Position numbers and translations under genes: made by a program
The notes under the pieces: model-generated
Told to the model about the DNA's origin: nothing
Seen by the model: only the letters and a program-made list of their open reading frames with translations
The model's database searches: none
Source of the DNA: the human T2T-CHM13v2.0 reference genome, Homo sapiens
DNA: 64,000 bases
Strand: one strand, 5' to 3'
Assembly (NCBI RefSeq): GCF_009914755.1
Contig: NC_060947.1
In this document: positions 57,201 to 64,000 of the stretch, in pieces
Layout of the letters: each line of letters opens with the position of its first letter
How positions within the stretch are numbered: position 1 is the stretch's first letter

Positions 57201-59637
57201 AGAAAACTTCAGGCCAATATCCTTGATAAACATCAATGTAAAAATCCTCAATAAGATAGTAGCAAACCAAATCCAGCAGCACATCAAAAAGATTATTCAC
57301 CATGATCAAGTTGGCTTCATCTCCAGGATGCTAGGTTGGTTCAACATAGGCAAATCAACAAATGTGACTCATCACATGAACAGAACTAAAGACAAAAACC
57401 ACATGATTATCTCAATAGATGAAGAAAAGTCATTCAATAAAATTCAACATCCCTCTATGTTAAAAACTTTCAATAAACTAGGCATTGAAGGAACATACTT
57501 CAAAATAATAAGAGCCATATAAGACCAACCCACAGCCAGTATCATGCTGAATGGGCAAAAGCTGCTAGCATTTCCCTTGAAAACAGGAACAAGATGAGTA
57601 TGCCCTCTCTCACCACTCCTATTCAACACAGTATTGGAAGTTCTGGCCAGGCCAGTCAGGCAAGAGAAAGAAATAAAGGGTATTCAAATAGGGAGAGAGG
57701 AAGTCAAATTATCTATGTTTGCAGATGACATGATCCTATATCTAGAAAACCTCATTGTCTTGGCCCAAAAGCTTCTTAAGCTGATAAGCAACTTCAGCAA
57801 AGTCTCAGGATACAAAAGCAATGTGCAAAAGTTGCTGCCATTCCTATACACCAACAATAGGCAAGCCAAGAGCCAATTCATGAACTCCCATTCACAATTG
57901 CTATGAAGAGAATAAAATGCCTAGGAATACAGCTAACAAGGGAAGTGTAGGACCTCTTCTTAGAGAACTACAAACCACTGCTCAAGGAAATCAGAGAGGA
58001 CATAAACAAATGGAAAAACTTTCCATGCTCATGGATAGGAAGAATCAATATGAAAATGCCCATATTGCTCAAAGCAATTTATAGTTTCAATGCTATTCCC
58101 ATTAAACTGCCATTGACATTCTTCACAGGATTAGAAAAAAAAATTAAAATTCACTAAAAAAGATCTCCAATAGCCAAGACAATCCTAAGTAAAAAGAACA
58201 AAGCTGGAGGCATCATGCTACCTGACTTCAAACTATACTACAAGGCTACAGTAACCAAAACCGCATGGTACTGCTGCAAGAACAGAAACATAGACAAATG
58301 AAACTGAATAGAGAACTCAGAAATAAGACTGTCTACCTACAACCATCTGATCTTTGACAATCCTGACAAAAACAATCAATGGGGAAGAATTCCTTATTTA
58401 ATAAATGGTGCTGGGAGAATGGGCTAGTTATGTGCAGAAAATTGAAACTGGACCCCTTCCTTACACCATATACAAAAATCAACTCAAGATGGATTAAAGA
58501 CTTACATGTAAAATCTAAAACTTTAAAAACTGTAGAAGAAAATCTAGGCAATACCATTCAAAACATAGGCACAGGCAAAGATTTCCTGATGAAAATGGCA
58601 AAAGCAATGAAAGCAAAAATTGACAAATGGGATCTAATTAAACTAAAGAGCTTCTGCACAGCAGAAGAAACTATAATCAGGGTGAACAACAACCTATAGA
58701 ATGGGAGAAAATATTTTCAAACTATGCATCTGACCAAGTTCGAATATCCAGCATCTATAAGAAACTTAAACTTACAAGAGAAAAAACAAACAACCCCATT
58801 AAAAAATGGGCAAAAGACATAAACATACACTTCTGAAAACAAGACATACATGTGGCCAACAAGCATATGAAAAGAAAGCTGAATATCACTGATTGTTAGA
58901 GAAATGCAAATCAAAACCGCAATGACATACCATCTTACACCGGTCAGAATGCCTATAAAAAGTCAAAAAATAACAGATGCTGATGAGGTTGCAGAGAAAA
59001 GGGAACACTTATACACTGGTAGTGTGAATGTAAATTAGTTCAACCATTGTGAAAAGCAGTATGGCAATTCCTCAAAGAGCTAAAAACAGAGCTACCATTT
59101 GACCCAGCCATCCTATTACGGATATATACCCAGAGAAAGAGAAATCACTCTACCATAATGATATATGCACACGAATTTTCATGGCAGCACTATTCACAAT
59201 AGCAAAGACATGGAATCAACCTAAATGCCCATCAGTGACAAATTGGATAAGGAAAATGTGGTTCATATACATGATGGGATACTATGCAGCCATGTAAAAG
59301 AACAAGATCATATCTTTTGTGAGAGCATGGATGCAGCAGGAGGCAATTATCCTTAGGAAACTAATGAGGGAACAGAAAATCAAATACCACATGTTCTCAA
59401 TTATAAGTGGGTGCTCAATGATGAGAAATTATGAACACAAAGAAGAAAACAGCGGACAATGGCTTCTACTTTAGGGTGGAAGATGGGAGGTGGGAGAGGA
59501 GCAGCAAAGATAACTATTGAGTACTAAGCTTAATACCTGGGTGATAAAATAATATTTACAACAAACCCCTGTGACATGTGTTTACCTATGTAAAACACAT
59601 TCACATGTACCTCCAAGCCTAAAATAAAGGTTAAAAT
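53674..59637 (+). mobile_element. Near full-length L1 (L1PA10-12-like) with a partly truncated 5'UTR
   Basis: Monomeric 5'UTR, ORF1 from ~54516, ORF2 from ~55628 (remnants 55921-56526, FADD in 57634-57906), 3'UTR aaagataactattgagtactaagcttaatacc. Confidence 0.94.
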
Positions 59638-59639
59638 AA

Positions 59640-60190
59640 TGGTGAACCAGTCTTGCACACCACAAATAAATCCTATATGGTTGTGGTGTATTATAACATT
59701 TGTTTATTACTGGATTCAATTTTTTGTGGCTAAATTCACAGGACATATTGATCTGAAGGCTTCTTTTTGTGTGTACTATCTTTTATTTTGGTAGCAGGAT
59801 GATACTGGCATCACAAAATGAGTGGGGGAAGGTTTTTCTTCTATTATCTGGAAGAGATTGTGTAAAATTGTTGTTTATTCTTTAAGTGATGAGTAAAATA
59901 CTCCAGTGAAACCATATGGGTCTGCAGATTTTCTTTTTTTGGAGAAATTTTACTATTAAATTTCTTTAATATTTATGAGACTATTTATTTATTGTCTACT
60001 TCTTCTTGGTTGTTTTTACAGTTTGTGGTTTTAGAAAAATTGTTCCCTTTATTTCAGTGGAACAATTGTCAAATATTTGACCATGAAGTTATTCATACTA
60101 TCTCCTTAATATCCTTTTAATGGCCATAGGATCTGTAGTGTTGTTTCTCATTTTATTCTTCATATTGCCAATTTGAGTCTTCTTCCTTTT
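59640..60190 (-). mobile_element. Very old L1M ORF2 fragment
   Basis: gaaccagtcttgcacacc, ggatgatactggcatcacaaaatgagt and ccagtgaaaccatatgggtctg motifs. Confidence 0.7.
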
Positions 60191-60195
60191 AACTT

Positions 60196-60889
60196 CTTTT
60201 TTAAATTTATTTTATTTTATTTTATTATTATTATACTTTAAGTTTTAGGGTACATGTGCACAATGTGCATGTTACATATGTATACATGTGCCATGTTGGT
60301 GTGCTGCACCCATTAACTCGTCATTTAGTATTAGGTATATCCCTAAAGCTATCCCTCCCCCCTCCCCCCACCCCACAACAGTTCCCAGAGTGTGATGTTC
60401 CCCTTCCTGTGTCCATGTGTTCTCATTGTTCAATTCCCACCTATGAGTGAGAATATGCGGTGCTTGGTTTTTTGTTCTTGCGATAGTTTACTGAGAATGA
60501 TGATTTCCAGTTTCATCCATGTCCCTACAAAGGACATGAACTCATCATTTTTTATGGCTGCATAGTATTCCATGGTGTATATGTGCCACATTTTCTTAAT
60601 CCAGTCTATCATTGTTGGACATTTGGGTTGCTATTGTGAATAGTGCCGCGATAAACATACGTGGGCATGTGTCTTTATAGCAGCATGATTTATAGTCCTT
60701 TGGGTATATACCCAGTAATGGGAAGGCTGGGTCAAATAGTATTTCTAGTTCCAGATCCCTGAGGAATCGCCACACTGACTTCTGCAATGGTTGAACTAGT
60801 TTACAGTCCCACCAACAGTGTAAAAGTGTTCCTATTTCTCCACATCCTCTCCAGCACCTGTTGTTTCCTGACTTTTTAATGATTGCCAT
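60196..60889 (-). mobile_element. Young 5'-truncated L1 (L1PA2/3-like) in the tail of the next L1
   Basis: tttattattattatactttaagttttaggg tail; truncated at gattgccat; ttttttaaatt present on both sides. Confidence 0.93.

Positions 60890-64000
<3,111 letters not shown>

Overview
Primate (human-like) genomic DNA made almost entirely of decayed transposable elements. By my hand tally about 70% is LINE-1, with only four Alus. I find no supportable host protein-coding gene, RNA gene or CRISPR array. Main content: two full-length but inactivated L1PA elements in convergent orientation (2271-8425 +, 20926-27096 -), a near full-length older L1PA (53674-59637 +), many truncated L1s, solo LTRs of HERV-K (LTR5), HERV-H (LTR7B) and HERVS71 (LTR6), two MER4 LTRs, a two-LTR THE1A, an MSTA LTR, Tigger2, MER5A, and MIR/L2 fragments. 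Nearly all long ORFs in the track are L1, THE1 or Tigger remnants or their antisense shadows. I found no evidence of a new biological system. The best leads are a 3'UTR-like unique island just downstream of an L1 antisense promoter (27.1-27.7 kb), a nested LTR cluster (41.4-44.2 kb), closely spaced inverted L1 pairs, and several readable mutational scars. Subfamily names come from recalled diagnostic motifs and need RepeatMasker confirmation.
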